IMG/VR virus record: IMGVR_UViG_3300028888_000110
Origin: a virus
Taxonomy: Duplodnaviria > Heunggongvirae > Uroviricota > Caudoviricetes
DNA length: 64,000 nt
Direction: 5' to 3' (one strand)
Part shown: piece after piece, positions 32,501 through 46,508 of the stretch
Numbering within the stretch: position 1 is the first letter of the stretch
Layout of the letters: each line of letters opens with the position of its first letter
Notes under the pieces: generated by a model
The model's database searches: none
Told to the model about the DNA's origin: nothing
Seen by the model: the letters and a program-made list of their open reading frames with translations, nothing else
Translations under genes and position numbers: made by a program

Positions 32501-35500
32501 CTTAGTTACTACATATCCTGTTGTTGCTGTTCATCATGGACTAAACTCACTTACTGTTACTGCTCATGTATTGCTGTTTACACTTGTTACTCATGTATTA
32601 GTTACTGTATTATTTGTTATACTTATTCATGTTCCTGCACTTATAACATCTTGTTTACTTGAGTCATGATAGCTTGCAGTTATATATCCTGCTCAGTTAG
32701 TAAGTTGGTTTGTGTCTGTTGGTATAGTAGGTTTATTTAGAATCTGTGCTACTCCACTGTTAGCATTCCAATCTGAATTTACTTGTGCAGATGGTATTGC
32801 CGGCTTATTTAATAAGTCATCATAGTCTCCTGTAGTTGATACTGTAGCAAGTGAGCTTGTATCTGCTTTTGCATTTAATGCAGTTTGTAAATCAGTTTGA
32901 CTTGAAAGTGTTCATATTATGTTTCACCATTCAGCTGATGTCTGAGTATTTGAAATTACATTATTAGAGTCAATATTTATTCAAGCTCCTGCTGTATAGG
33001 TCGTATTCGTTGCAGAAATCGTTTTTCAATCTGCTGCAATTTGTATATTATTTCAAGCTATTAATGTTTCTTGTTTTCAATTTAACGCATTTGTTATTAC
33101 TCTATTTTCTACAGGGTTTGTACTTGTAGTTGACAGAGAAGAATCGACCGCTCAACTTCTGGCTGAATTCTTCAGTAAAAGCCAGTTAGTACCGTCATAA
33201 AAATAAAAATCTGACACATCAACTCCGTTAGTCTCAACAACTGCGGATGCCTGTCAAATTATATATGAGCTTCCATCTGGGCGATAATTAGTTCCTCACA
33301 ATCAAGCTACATTTGAAACTACGAAATAGTCTCAGCTTTTATATGGATATGGACTTTCGCTAGGATTTGTCATAGGTAATCATGTAGCAGAATTCCAATT
33401 AGAAAGGAACCTCCCTCTAGAAGCTATGTTTTGTATATAGTCATACAATAATTTTCATTGTTTTGCAGATAGAGCATTATCTGAATCGACAGTATATAGG
33501 TTGTCTATAACCTCAGGCACTTCTACATTAACCGCTTTAGCAATATCAGGGACTAATGTGCTTCAGTTAACCTTGATAGTATCTATTTTATTAACCTGGG
33601 CTCACTCTTCTACACTATCTATTTTTTGTTGTATTTCATCTGCGATAGAAAACTCCCTACTTTGTTTCTGTAGGGAGGTCTCATCTGCAAAATATTGTTG
33701 ACGAGCTTTTGTTGCCATTAAGAATTATATTAGAAAAATTAAATTATGCGATTTTATAGTCAATAGTTTGCTTTAGTTTGGTTATAATAGTTTTCTACCT
33801 TCTGTGCGCCCCGGGCATTATTCTCCATCACAAATTCAGACATTCATCACTTATATCTCACTGTTCCACTACCTCTGTAGGCTTCAAATCAAAGAGCTAT
33901 TGGAAGCGATTCGTCAAAGGATGTGTAAGGATTCGAAGAATCGCTCACTTTATAATTGTAATACTTTATTCAGTTTTTATATAGATATAAATCTAGCCTA
34001 TTTAAATCTCGAGCCCTACATAACATACACCATCAAGACGGCACTTCCCCTATTTGTATACCAGAACTGGCCCTTTCTGATACGGAATAGCTAGCTTGCA
34101 CACGTCAACTTCATACTAAAATATTATGGATTGTCCGAAGGTTTATACTCGTCTGTCAAATCAATGGGGCTATTCATCAATTATCTACGTAATATATTCG
34201 CACGCAAATAGTTCACGTCGCAGGAATCGTAAATCTATTCGTTGTATGTATCTGCGAACTTCAATCAAAATACCCACAATTTACTCATTGGTATAGTCAA
34301 AAAGTAACTCAAAGGTTTACAGTTTGTACATTATTTACACTTTGGTCAGTATATGTTGTAGTGCTATTCATAGGTATATACAATAGCGTATCTCCTGATG
34401 GACGCCATTCGCTAGGGTACACTTTATTATCCCCTACCCATATTGAAGCCGCTTCGCTATCTCATACAAATACCTTATTTGGCTCGCTCGTTCATAAAAA
34501 TAATCACATGAAAATCTGATTATAGAACTAAAGTTATTATATTATTAGGCGTTCAACTTGCTGGGGCAGAATTACTTACCACTATCTCGTATTGTGCATC
34601 TCATGTCACAACATTAATTATATCCCCTGCTTGTCCATTCACACTAAGTACCCCTGTATTTGTAATTGCATTATTAACAGTAACTACTCATGTTTCTCAT
34701 CATCGGAGATTATCATTCTGTACACTTGACCAGTTTCATGCATATATAATGAAAGTACTTGAGTTGTAATAATTTCATGGTCAGTATGTACTAGCATCTA
34801 CCTGTGTAGATGAAGTAGTGAAAGTTCAATTATATGAGAATCAATAGTTATTTCCCCATTGATAATACTTACCACAGTTCGTTCCACTTAAAGTGTCTCA
34901 AGAATTATACACAATTGTTGCTCATAAGTTTTTATCTGCTATAGTAATCCAGTTAGTACCGTCTCAACTTATAGATATAAGTCAGAGTGACGTGCTATGG
35001 AATATCCCAGCTCAAGTTGAAATGCTACTTCAGTCATATAACGTAGTCCAACTACTATCTGGGATTACTGGTTCATCTTTGAACGGACGTATCGTGTTAG
35101 CATTAGTACGATAATTAAATCCTATAAGAGTATCATTATCAGTCGCAATAAAAACATTTGATGTGCTAGGATAAGAAGTTACTCATATACAAGTTTGATA
35201 TTCTCGTTCAACTCATTGATTACTAAAAACTCCAGTATCTCACACTATATGTCATGCCGCTGGCATTTTTAGATATGAGCTTAAAGCTCATCAACTTTCT
35301 GTTAATCAAAATGTAGTGAATAAGACATTCGTTAATTCAGTCCATTCGGTTCCAGTTGCTATATGGAATCAATTAGGGCATGGTCATCTCATAGCCGAAT
35401 AATCATCTCAGTTTTTTATTTCTATTCATTCTCAATCTGTATATGTAGTGCTTGTAGCGCTAATAACATTATTAGAAATCTGGATGTTGGCTCACGCTGT

Positions 35501-38100
35501 TAAAACATCTTGCTTTCAATTCAAATCACTTTGAGTAGCAATCGTTGTAGTATCTACGCTAATCTCGTTCTGTGCTGAAATATTTATTCAATTTCAAGCC
35601 GTATATGTTGTATCTGTGTCGGTGTCTACAGTCTCCCAAGAAATTCAGTTATATATTTTTAATACATGGTTAACTGTATCATACCGCAAATCTCACTCTT
35701 GTGGATTTTGAGGAGCGGCACTTCATTCATGAATTAATCAATCTATAGCATTATCTACATATGTTTTTGTGGCATAATCACTAGAGTCAGACAACTCTGC
35801 CACAGTTGTAGGCACAGAAATATCTATTGTTTTATTGCTAGCCGAGTTCGCAGAAAATGTATCTATAGTTGTAGAATTCTTTTGTATAGTTAGTACTCAA
35901 TCATTTACTGTTGGCAATTGTCAAATAGCTGATTGTATAGCAGCATTTACATCTCAAGCAGTTTGATAGCCAACGTTGTTCGTCAATTGTGAAATGTTGG
36001 CATTTGGCTGTAAGGCCGTAGCTCAAGCAGCAGCTCAGCTTCTAATTGTTGCCAAATCTGATATTATATTTTGTTTTCAATTAATTGCTGTAGCAATTGC
36101 TCTATTCTCTACTGCGTTAGTTGAAGTAGTGTCTAATGTTGTATCAATAGAAATTTGAATAGATGTATCGGGTATCCTTACCCAATCAGCACCATCAAAA
36201 TAATATTTATCGTTTATTCATACATTTTCCAACTCAACCGTTGTACTAGCGACTCATTGAGTATAAGTACCTCAGTGTGGTTTATAGTTTGTAGAACCAG
36301 TAGCAGAGACTACATAGTAATCTCATACCTTATATGTGTATGGGTCTTCCTGTGGATTCGTCCCAGGAAGTCAAGTTGTACAATCCCAAGTAGAAAGGAA
36401 CTTTCATGTTCAACTTAATGAATTAATTTGGTCTTGTAATGTTCTACCCATATTTGCTGATAAAGCATCAGTAGTCGATATACTGTCTAAACTATTAACT
36501 ACTCATGGGATTCAATCTATTTTAGAAGAAATGTCGTTTTTAAGTTTATAAATACGAGCATCTTTTTCTGTATAAATATTATCCCCGTCAAATACTAATC
36601 TTCCTTTTGGCATTAATTGTTAGTTAGGGGATAAAACATTAAGAAATAGGGTTAACTATAATATATTTATAGCTTCCTGTCTCAGTTTGGTTTGAAACAA
36701 CTGTTAACTGTCAAACATTAATAACTTCATTCAAATCTCAAATTATATCTGAATAGTTAGATATAGCTACAAAACTATCAGCTGTTATGGCTTCATCTAC
36801 TACTACAGAAGTATCTGAATTAGAAAAAATTCCTGTACCCATTTTTACAATTGCTGTAGTATACACAGGTGGTAAATATTGTGGGTCAACTTTTCAATTT
36901 ACATCTAATGGTGCGACTCAATTAGGCTGTCATTTTTCAGCTTGTAAAACGAAGTCAGGTGCTTCTGCTCATTGAGAAAGATATAACCCATCAGTAACCC
37001 TAAGTTCGTCAGTCACTACTTCAGTAGTTCTAACTGTGTCACTCTCTATTTGTCAATCAATAGTCATTCAATTGCTACCATTAATAGCTCAATCAACTCT
37101 TAATGTTCAAGCAATATCTACACTACCCGTTAATTCTAGGTTGTTAAAGTGCACTGTTCAAGGTACGCTTAATTCTGTAATAGTTGCTGTATCCATCAAT
37201 ACATCTCAAGTGGTGTTTAGATTATTTAATGTAACAGTTCAAGTTGAAGTCATATCAGCTACGGTTGTATTTCCTGTAACAGCCAAATCTGTTAAAGTAG
37301 CATCGGCTGAAGTTAAGTTTGCTACATTTCAATTAGTTATAGTAGCTTCAGTCGCCGTCAAATCAGCAACACTTCAATTAGTTGCTGTCAAATTAGTTAC
37401 AGTAGCGTTAGTTGAAGTTAATGTAGTGACATCTCAAGAAGTAGCAGTTAATGAAGTAATTGTAGCATTGCTTAACTGTGAATCAGTAGCTATAAGGTTA
37501 TCTACATTTGCTGTTGCGAGATTACTTGTTGTAGCATTTAATGTCGTAGCACTAACTACATTTCAAGTAAATTCTCATTCTGTTGTGACTGTACCTGTAA
37601 AAGTTACGTTTCAGTTAACTGTATGTAATGTTACATTATTTAAATCTAGGCTCATATTTTCTATAGCATTTTCTATAGCATTCATATCGAGAGAAATTCT
37701 ATAAACGTTTTCTCCTTCAATATGTACTTGGATTGGGGCCGTTCAAGTAATTTCAAAATTTCTTACATCACAATCTTTTCTTTTCCCTGTAGGAATTCTA
37801 TATACAGTCTGCGTTGTAGTTGAACTAGTGGTTGTATTAGCGACCCTCCCAGTTCATAATCTTTGTCCACCATTTTGTGGTTTTCTTTGTCTAGGCATTG
37901 TTTTCTTGATTTAATAAATTAAATTGTTCAGCCATCCAGATAATCAAGTTAGCAAATTCTTCTTTAGGAAGTCATTGTAACATAGGTTGGATGTCAATTT
38001 TTAGCTCTTCGATATCATAAGCTGGCATTTCAAGCTCTCCCTCTGTAGGAGCTTCTTCTACAACTTCTTCTACAGCTAACTCTCATCCTGGAGCAAACAT
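29520..38100 (-). other. array of several paralogous tail-fibre/receptor-binding-protein genes (minus strand) with beta-helical N-x-T/V-T repeats
   Basis: Shared C-terminal coding blocks (...TAQE(I/V)(S/A)DYYNLTK(A/S)NYG*, RTEIGSYT/QTETGSYK) recur at about 29925, 30137, 31605 and 36671. Repeats such as TNLTATNGSVADLTATEATITNGNVANLTSADATLTDL and NTVTNTGVTSVNSNTGAVT occur. Each stop is followed by TAATCAGATTT. Individual gene boundaries were not resolved. Confidence 0.45.
30648..31574 (-). CDS. receptor-binding/tail protein (about 309 aa) with Big_2-like Ig domain and C-terminal jelly-roll-like domain
   Basis: MPIVNV...ITWSSDDTSVATVDTTGLVSCVTPGECTITATTVNGLTASCSV (Big_2-like), then ...PCYRKSDGVIGLYDLVNSTFYTNQGSGTFTKGPDVN*. 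Confidence 0.4.
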
Positions 38101-40556
38101 TGCTTCATCTTCTGGAGTTAACGCAATAGATTCATCATACATAGGGGCCTCTGCCTGTGCCTCAGGGGACACATCAATACCTAGAGCAGCCATTTGTTCT
38201 TGTATGGCATCTAGTTCGTTCATCTATGTTTAAAACATAATATAAAATAACCAGAGGGCTAATAAGAATGCTAACAGTCTGTGTTAGGCTGTAGCTGATA
38301 TTCTCAATCTGGTCCTTTTGTAAATAATGGGGCAATAAACATTTCAGCCATTCGTCAGCCAAAACATATAATGTCTCATTTTCATCATATTAATTCTATT
38401 TTTATTTGCGTTGAATAGTCTTGGTTTTCTCATAAGTTTGTAACAAGGGGCATAGTCGGAGCAAGCTCATACAATTTATCATTTATACATATTCAATGAC
38501 TTTCTGTTATTAATTCTGCATAATTATCACATCGAGGAACTGTTTGCTTCACATATTGTCTTTGTACGTCACTCCTTGGACAGTTTGGCTGATATTGTTC
38601 TTGGCTATCTTGTATTGAATTTAGAGCGCAATTAAGGGCTTTTTGTTGTTCCTCATCTAATGGGGTTTCTAAATAATAGCTAGTCATTAATCACAGTCGT
38701 TCATTTGCCTCTCAATCAATCGGGAATTCATATGTATATCAAATACCCTTAGAATAAAGTGTCATTTTTATTTTGCTTGTCGCTGTATATACTCATGGTC
38801 ATAACGTCGTTATTAGCCTATTAATTTTGGCTAGCTGGAATAATAATGGATGGTTATCTAGCCCATTATTCTCATTCTCTATTAAGTAAGCATTTATTCT
38901 GGTGGTAAATGGATTATTATTAGCATCAACATCTTTATTGGTCCTAATATAAATTCCCCCCTCTCAATAAAACACTCACTCCCTCGCTCATTTTATGAGA
39001 TTTCAATTTATATGGTCTTCTGTCCACACCTTAAACAATGTGTCAAATTTATATATGTGTGTCATTGTATTTCATCACGACATATTAATATCTGCACGAC
39101 TATCCTCTTCTATATAAGGAGTTGGTTTTGTATTTACAAACACCCTTAAATTATTTCACTCACTTCAAACAAAAACCTCATCAGTTGGCATTAGTGTTGA
39201 TAGTTTCCCATTTAATCTGTCTCAAACATCTTCAAAAGTAAGCCCGTATCTTCAACCAGAATTAACTGTCAAAGCGAGGAGTCTTTTATCGTTTGAGATA
39301 AAGATAAAATCTCAATCATATTCAGCGTAGGAATATCTACTCCATGTTCATATACTAGTAGACTGATTATACATAGTATAAAATTTGTTCTGTTCATCTG
39401 GTACTCATAAAGATATGTGTCTTCTTCATAACGCTAAAACCATATCTCTATATGCCACTATAGCAGTTTTGTCCACTCAAGCGAACATATCATCTTGGAT
39501 AAAAAATTTATTATATCACCCGCCCTCGCTAGAATAATGAATGTATCAATTATCTGTAAGAATAAACATCTTATCATTAGCGTCAGCTACTCAAATAATA
39601 TTCGCGTCGCCATATCCATTCTGCTCGTAAACTCTAATAGCCTTGCAATCATCAGAATTGGGGAGTAGAAATATTTTATTGTTATCTACGAATCAAGCAA
39701 CCTCTCACCAATCTTTAAAAACAGCATAACTCACATGGTTTCATATTTGTTCTTTTTCTTCATTCTCTCAAAACTCTGATGCATCCAATGTCCTAAATCA
39801 TAGCCAAGGAGAGTCGACCATAATTCTACCATCATCATCTACTCAAGTAATCATTCTTACCTGCCCAGCAAATCAAGAGTTTTCATCATTTGTAGAATCA
39901 TAAACAATTAGATAATTCCCTTTTTGAGTTATCGCACCCTTAAATTTCGCCAGTCCTTGTTCTACATATTCATCGGAGAATAATCACAAAGTAGTTCAAA
40001 GGTTATATTTATTTATTTGTACTCAAGTTATTATTCAAGGATACACAAGTGGTTCACTTCACGTTGCCTCGATTATATCATATCAATCATATCTATCTCA
40101 TTTCACATAATCTGTAGTAAATAACTTCCAATCCTCACATCCATCATTACCGGTCATATCCGGGCAAACATCATAAAAATCACTTCATCATGATGTACAA
40201 TTCTCTGAGCAATTAAAGAAAGTTCACACGCATCAATTGGAAATTTTTGCAGCAAAGATTGCCTTATTGCTTCATTTCTTTCATAGGGCATAGACTGTTC
40301 AGCTTTCTTCGTCACATTTAGTATCCCATATAATTTTGATATCTGTTATTTCTCGTCAATCGGTGTCTACACCCCCACTCCACTTCTCACTCACATCATA
40401 AGCCAACCTTGTCTTGAGAAAAAAACTTGAATTTCTATGTGAAGTAGTATATGGCACATGACATACATCCACATTAATTAAATCATAATATAGATTATTC
40501 ACCGCACCACTAAGCGCTCCATTCCAATAGAAGTCTGTTTTATCTTGTTGTATCAT
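38095..40556 (-). CDS. large virion/tail protein (about 820 aa), function unknown
   Basis: Minus-strand frame open under TGA=Gly from ATGATACAACAAG (40556). Track ORFs 40356-40556 and 38493-38687 are fragments of it. Boundaries approximate. Confidence 0.3.
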
Positions 40557-40565
40557 AATTATTAT

Positions 40566-41185
40566 TGATTAGCAGCATTTAAAGCTCAGGGCACTATATA
40601 TTTTACATTATTATCAAACATAGCTTTTAGGGATTTAAGCTTTGTTTGAAACCTACTATAATAATTTGCGCTAGCATTTATGTCATTATTACTTTCAAGA
40701 GCATATTCACTTTTCATATACAATCTCAATAATGCCAACGTATACTTATCTATTTCGATTTCATCATTTAAATTATCCACCGTGGCGAATCCCTTTGAAT
40801 AAACTATGAATGCATCAGTTAAACCCTTAGGGAGAAGTACATTCACTTTATTTTCATCTACTATAGAATAACTGTTTTGGTCTAGATTATCTCAATACAT
40901 CTCTTCCATAAATAATCTTCTATATCAAGCACAACAATCCTTGGGGTCCATAGAACATCAAACATTACATCACTTTCAAAAAAACCCCCACACTTTAGCG
41001 ATGGGATTTGTTGTAGTTATCTGTGCTTTACAATCAGCTACAGCAAATCTTTCTATGGTTTTTCTAGGGTAAAAATCATAAATCTCCATTGCAAAGCTGG
41101 ATAAAATATCATTTAATCTGGCCACCTTCGAATCGCAGCCGGAATCGGTAATATTTGTTCATTCATATATATCTTTTGCCGCTAT
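40566..41185 (-). CDS. hypothetical head-tail-joining-region protein (about 206 aa)
   Basis: MKIAAKDIYEG...; includes track ORF 40586-40846. Follows the terminator after the capsid gene. Confidence 0.35.
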
Positions 41186-41204
41186 TTTCATTCAGCTTTA
41201 CTAT

Positions 41205-41250
41205 TTAAAATAAAGAAAATGGGAAGGCTATTAAAAGCCCTCCCATCTTT
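41205..41250 (-). terminator. rho-independent terminator downstream of the major capsid gene
   Basis: Minus strand: ATGGGAGGGCTTTTAATAGCCTTCCCAT followed by TTTCTTTATTTT. Confidence 0.55.
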
Positions 41251-41260
41251 GAAGACTGTT

Positions 41261-42755
41261 ACTAGTCTAGGATTTCTACATCATCTAATTGACATACTTC
41301 ACAAGCATTCAATACACAGCTTCCGAAGTTCTTAATGAATCTGTAAGCTCCTTTGTCAACTCACATCCATACGATTGCGAATTTAACATCTCCAACAATC
41401 TTGTTACATTCTCCAAGCTGAGCTCAGATATTGTAAGGATTTTCTGGGATATATCTTAACATAGGAGTTCCTTTAGAAATATATCCATTAATTTTAGCGT
41501 TAGCTACAACTTTTCCGTTAGTATCAACTACTGTATATTTAGGCTGGAATACTCCAACTTTATCTTCAGGGATTGTTAACATCACAGAGAAGTCGAAGTC
41601 GTTAAGGATAGGTAAGTATTTGAATTTGATTTCAACACCTGCGTATCTGATTCTTGGTAATCCAACATCGATATCGAATTGGCTTCCGTCTAAGAATCCA
41701 ACATTTCCATAATCTTGGAAGTATCCTTGCATCATGTGAAGTCCTTCCATAGCTTTCTTGTTCATAGCTACAGTTACAGTGTTCTTGTACATTCCAGAAA
41801 TCATAGCTTTATTAATAACTATGTCTAAGAATGATTGAATTTGATGTCTAGCATTTGTACATTCAGAAGCACTGTCATCGCAACATCCAGACAAATCGAA
41901 GGCAATCTTTAATCCGTTTTCTTGAGCTTTTGCAAGAGCAGGGAATAATCACATTGTCTCCCATTTATATGTAGAAACTTGGATATTTCTATCATAGAAA
42001 GCAGCGTGCAAGAATTCTTTAATAGCTTCAATATCTCCTTTTCTGAACATAGCATCTACGATAGCTTGGATTCCTCCAGAGATAAGGTAGTCTTTGTTCA
42101 AATCACACCAATTGAATTCGTGAGAAATAGAGATAGTTCTGAAGAAAGCAGAATAATAATCTAATCCTCCTAATTCTACTGGATTGTCAATTGTAGTATC
42201 ACAATTTCTATCTCTCAAGTAAGCTCCTCTTCTAACTTTATCTCCAGCTTTAAGGTCTGTAGTTAAGTTATTAGCAAGAGTAATTTGATTGTTAGCACTA
42301 TCGATAGAAGCGATATACAATCCGTTAACTGGATTTCCTCCTTGTTTTGTAACTAGAACTGTAGAGCCAGCTTTAACTCCTCCTAATGGAGCAAGACTTT
42401 CAACAGTAAGAACGTTAGTTCCTGAGTCAGCGTCTGCAGTTAAAACAGTTTCATCTCCACAAATTCTTGGTTCATACCAACCAACTTTACATTGGTCGTC
42501 TACTAGAGTTAATTCACTAGAAGCAGCTAAACCATCTTTGAATTTATAAGTTACATATACTTCTCCTGTAGTAGGGTCTTTTTGAGGTACTACATCGAAG
42601 AAAATTGTCTCATATCTTAGGAATTCTTCATATTGTCCCCAAGTTTCGAGAACTCTACCCTCAGCGTATAGTGGGTTCAAAATGTCTTGAAAACGTACTG
42701 ATTTTTCAGCTAAACCAGTAGCGTCACAAGGATTACAACTTGTTGTTCCTGGCAT
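41261..42755 (-). CDS. putative major capsid protein (about 497 aa)
   Basis: Track ORFs 41949-42755 and 41424-41894 join through TGA-Gly codons and continue to TAG at 41261. GC-richer codon usage typical of highly expressed genes. Sits directly downstream of an acidic scaffold-like gene and is followed by a strong terminator. Confidence 0.5.
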
Positions 42756-42837
42756 TTAAATTCACCATTAAAAATAAAAAGAAAAAGCTCACACTATTCC
42801 AAGTGTGGCTCAATAGGTTAATAAATAAAACCTAACT

Positions 42838-43741
42838 AGAACATTCCTCTTTTAGATAAAGGAATTCATCTAGGAGTTGGAGCAGGTTGCTGTACTTCAG
42901 CTATAGGAGCAGACGTAGGCGCACCTTCTCACATTGTATTAGATTTTAATGGAGCATTAGTAAAGATGTCCATAATTTGATTAGCGTTTACTGAAGGATT
43001 CATTACCGCTAATTTTGCAACGTAATAACGAGTTAAATTCTTTTTACTAGCGTCGCTTTTGTCTTTTTTGTATGACTGTTCTAATCTCCGGAGAGTGTAA
43101 AACTCATCATCAAGTTTTGTTACTCTAGGGTCATTGTCCGTAGTAGTAACTTGTTCATTTAGTTTCTTAACCATTCACTTAAGAACTTCGATAGTATTTT
43201 TATTCTGTTCATTATCGAACTGATGCATACTGCGTTCCTTCTGGAAAGCCAAGTAAACCTTTTTAGCCATATCCTCTGCAGACTTCTTATCCTTTATGTC
43301 TTCCAGTCATTGCTTGAGCTCTTCGTCAAGCTTATCTGTTTCCTCGGTAGAAGAAGTAGCTTCAGCTTTTACATCCGTATCGCCATCAGATGGAAGTTCT
43401 TTAGTTGTTTCTTTAATGATATCATCAAGAGCTGCTTCATTCTCTTTCTGATTCTTTTCTACTTCAGTTTCTTGGGCTACTGTTTCTAATGTCTTATTCT
43501 CATTGAGTATTGCATCAACTTGATTAAGGATATCTTCAGTAGAAGATTCTGGAGGAGTTTGAGTTGTTTGTTCAACATCTCAACTTGAAGTTCAAGTTCA
43601 GTTGTCATTAGCAACTGTAGTTTGCTCAGGTTGTGCAGGCTGAGCTGGCTGTTCTACTGTAGAAGTAGTTTCGTTTGGATTGGAGATATTTTGCTGACTC
43701 TCAGCAACTGCTCCTAAAGTTGTGGTTTCTTCCCCGTTCAT
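42838..43741 (-). CDS. putative scaffolding protein (about 300 aa, acidic, coiled-coil)
   Basis: MNGEETTTLGAVAESQQ...TEVEKNQKENEAALDDIIKETTKELPSDGDTDVKAEATSSTEETDKLDEELKQ... includes track ORF 42929-43174. Immediately upstream of the capsid gene. Confidence 0.45.
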
Positions 43742-43917
43742 AATTTTTATTTTATGAAATTAAAATGCGAATAGATTTTGCTAGCTATGTTTAGATTAAA
43801 TCGCTTCCTTCGCCTACCAACTCGAAGTACTATCCCACAGCTAGCTAATCCATTCAACCACCATCACCATTATGCGTCTACGCATCACTTATGAAAAGGC
43901 ATCCAATAATAACCTTT

Positions 43918-43975
43918 TCTATATATAGATTATATAAATTAAGTTTTTTACTATAACTTTTTAAAAATAAAAAGA
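43918..43975 (-). promoter_or_regulatory. late-promoter-like conserved box (copy 2 of 4)
   Basis: + strand: TTCTATATATAGATTATATAAATTAAGTTTTTTACTATAACTTTTTAAAAATAAAAAG. About 175 nt upstream of the scaffold start. The leader contains the palindrome ATGCGTAGACGCAT. Confidence 0.45.
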
Positions 43976-43979
43976 AAAA

Positions 43980-44008
43980 TCTGAGTTTAGAACCCAGATT
44001 TTCTTTCC
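43980..44008 (-). terminator. rho-independent terminator after the portal-like gene
   Basis: AATCTGGGTTCTAAACTCAGATT hairpin followed by TTTTCTTTTTATTTTT on the minus strand. Confidence 0.5.
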
Positions 44009-44011
44009 ATA

Positions 44012-46045
44012 TTATTGCGGTAATATAAAGTCAAGTTGACTTTCATCTACCTGCTCTGTAGGATAACTTGAATTAGTGTATGGTAGTTGGTCTGGATTAG
44101 TTCATTGTGCTTGTTGCATCATCATAGCTATTTCTTCCTCACTAGGCTGACCATTGGTAGTTGGTTGGACCTGCTGTTGTGGTTGGGCTTGTTGTGCTTG
44201 TTGCTGCGCTTCCATTTCTTTCTGCTGAATATAATCTTTGATTTGGTAGGACTCATCGATGTATTGTTTCTGCTCATCTACGGTCATAGCCTTAAATCAC
44301 TTCAAACCTGCATAATCAGTAATACTTTCTAAGAAAGCTCTATTATCTATATCAGGTAATCAAGTTATAGGGTTAGTTGCGAATCAAGCAGTATTTTGCA
44401 TTAATGTTAGAAGTCATTGTGTTTTAGAAGCTTTAGTTTCTTCTACTCAAATATCAGCAGAACAAACTATCTTCATTCTGTGGTCTAATTCTGAAAGATT
44501 AATTACATATTCTTCGTCCTCGTTTTGAACATATGCTACACTAGCTCAACTTTGTTTTGAAAGTCAAAGCCAATGATAGAATAGTTTAGAATAAAATCTA
44601 CCTATAGATTTAATCATAGGGCTAAGTCTTGCTTTAGAAGCAGCAACTCTTTGTTCTGCTCAGTAACGGCTTCTCTCTACTTTTCATTCTCAACCTAGAA
44701 CATATGAATTGACTCAACATATTGTGTAAGCATCAGCTTTAATATTCTCAAACTGGTTCATAGCAAGAGACAGAATATTGTAATCAGTAAAGTCTATCTT
44801 TGTGATAGCATTATTCATTCAAGCATAACTTGGGTTGATGGAATAAACTTTACCTTCATCATAACCTATTGTCGTAGGAGCGTTACCTGTAGTAGGGTCA
44901 GTAATAGCTCATTGAACTGCAGCTAAGACAGGATTCAAATGTCTATAAACCGCATCGGCAATAGAGTTAAACAAAGCGTTACATTGCTTTTGATGTCACA
45001 TTACCTTCTTTCAAATTCAACTTGGGATACAACCTACACCTTTCTCGTATGTCAATTCAATAAAAGGTCATTCTCTACTAGATATAGCGTAATCTTCTCA
45101 ATACTTGAAAGGGCTATCTCAGTTATAAACAAAGTAACCATTAACCATCACCATAAGCTTATCCCCTATGTAAAGGTCAACTACTTCACAATAACTAGAT
45201 GAATCTAGAATGTTAAATGTGTCATCGTATATCATTCAGCTAGGAGTACCGTCTCATAAGTATCATAGGTACGTAGTAGAATAAGCGTCAATGTCATATA
45301 TCTTTGTAAAGTCGGCTTTACTTAAAGGCATAGGAGCCTCCAATATAGCTGTCTTCTTTTTTTCTAATTGCTTAGCCATTCAATCCTTTCAGTCCCATAT
45401 AGGGTAGAAAGCGTCTCTAAGTCAATCAAAAGGAATAAATCTCCTTCTAAATTTTTCTGGTGCTTTGTAGAAATCTGTAGCTCATACACTATAGAACATT
45501 TCAAAGGCTGACACAGGGAATAATGCTGGGATAAATGTAGTAACATTATCTCCATCCTCGTTCTTCATTATGCTCGTCGTGTATCCTGGCATTCAGTAAG
45601 AAGCTCAGATTAATGAAGCCTCGTTTCTAATAATCTCATTAGTTTGCTCTGTTTCAGAAATTTCAGTACCCCACTGAAAGAATAATTGAGTATCGTCAAC
45701 TATTTGTGGGTCAACTTCTTCCATCGGGAATACCTTTGGTCTCAAATCATTATCATACAATGAGGCCATAAATGTATCATGAATAGAAGTAATTAAAGGA
45801 TAAATCTTGGCAGACTTATATTTCATATTATGCTTTTTAAGTCCAGCTTCATATTCTTTAGAATAAAGTTTATCCATTTTGATAACCTCAAACCATTCAG
45901 GGAATATATTATCTCTAAAATGGACTAATATTTTTTTAAGTTTATCGTAAATGGTACGTTCGGCATCAGTGGAATTATCTTGGTAGATTTGAGCTTTCTT
46001 TTCTTTTTCTTGTTGCTCTACTTGTTTTGTAATTGTGTCTGCCAT
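44012..46045 (-). CDS. portal-like / head morphogenesis protein (about 677 aa) with Gln-rich acidic C-terminus
   Basis: Continuous frame from the track ORF 45605-46045 start through many TGA codons to TAA 44012-44014. The length is a multiple of 3. Its position just upstream of the scaffold and capsid genes fits a portal or head protein. This assignment is tentative against the 1012-aa protein at 56438-59476. Confidence 0.35.
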
Positions 46046-46052
46046 TAATTTA

Positions 46053-46370
46053 GATTAGTTGAATTAAAAATTTCTGAGGCACTACGTAATTTTGTCTCAA
46101 TCTTTACGTCTCTTTTGTCTTTACTAAATCAACAAATATTGTCGATTTCTTTATAATATTTTAAAAGTTTTTCCTCATAGCCCTTCTCTTGGGTATCTTG
46201 TAAACGTTTAATCTCCTGTACAAGTCCTCTCAAATAAAGCTCCTGAGCAGACATTCACAACTCCTCTTGTACAATTCTATCCAGCATCTCTCTAGCCTTT
46301 TCATTTTCTGGAGCGATATGTTCTTGCATAACATCATCATCCATCTTATTTACATCAATTGACATAATTT
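46053..46370 (-). CDS. hypothetical acidic protein (about 105 aa)
   Basis: MSIDVNKMDDDVMQEHIAPENEKAREMLDRIVQEELG... Confidence 0.3.
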
Positions 46371-46508
46371 ATTGGTATAAAAATATAAAAGAAATAATAG
46401 GTACTTTCGTTGTAAAAAATAATTTAAGACACATACAATCTCTCAGGTGAAGAATACTCCACCCAAGATATTTTGTATGTCTTATTTTATTTTTGTTAAC
46501 GGTACTAA

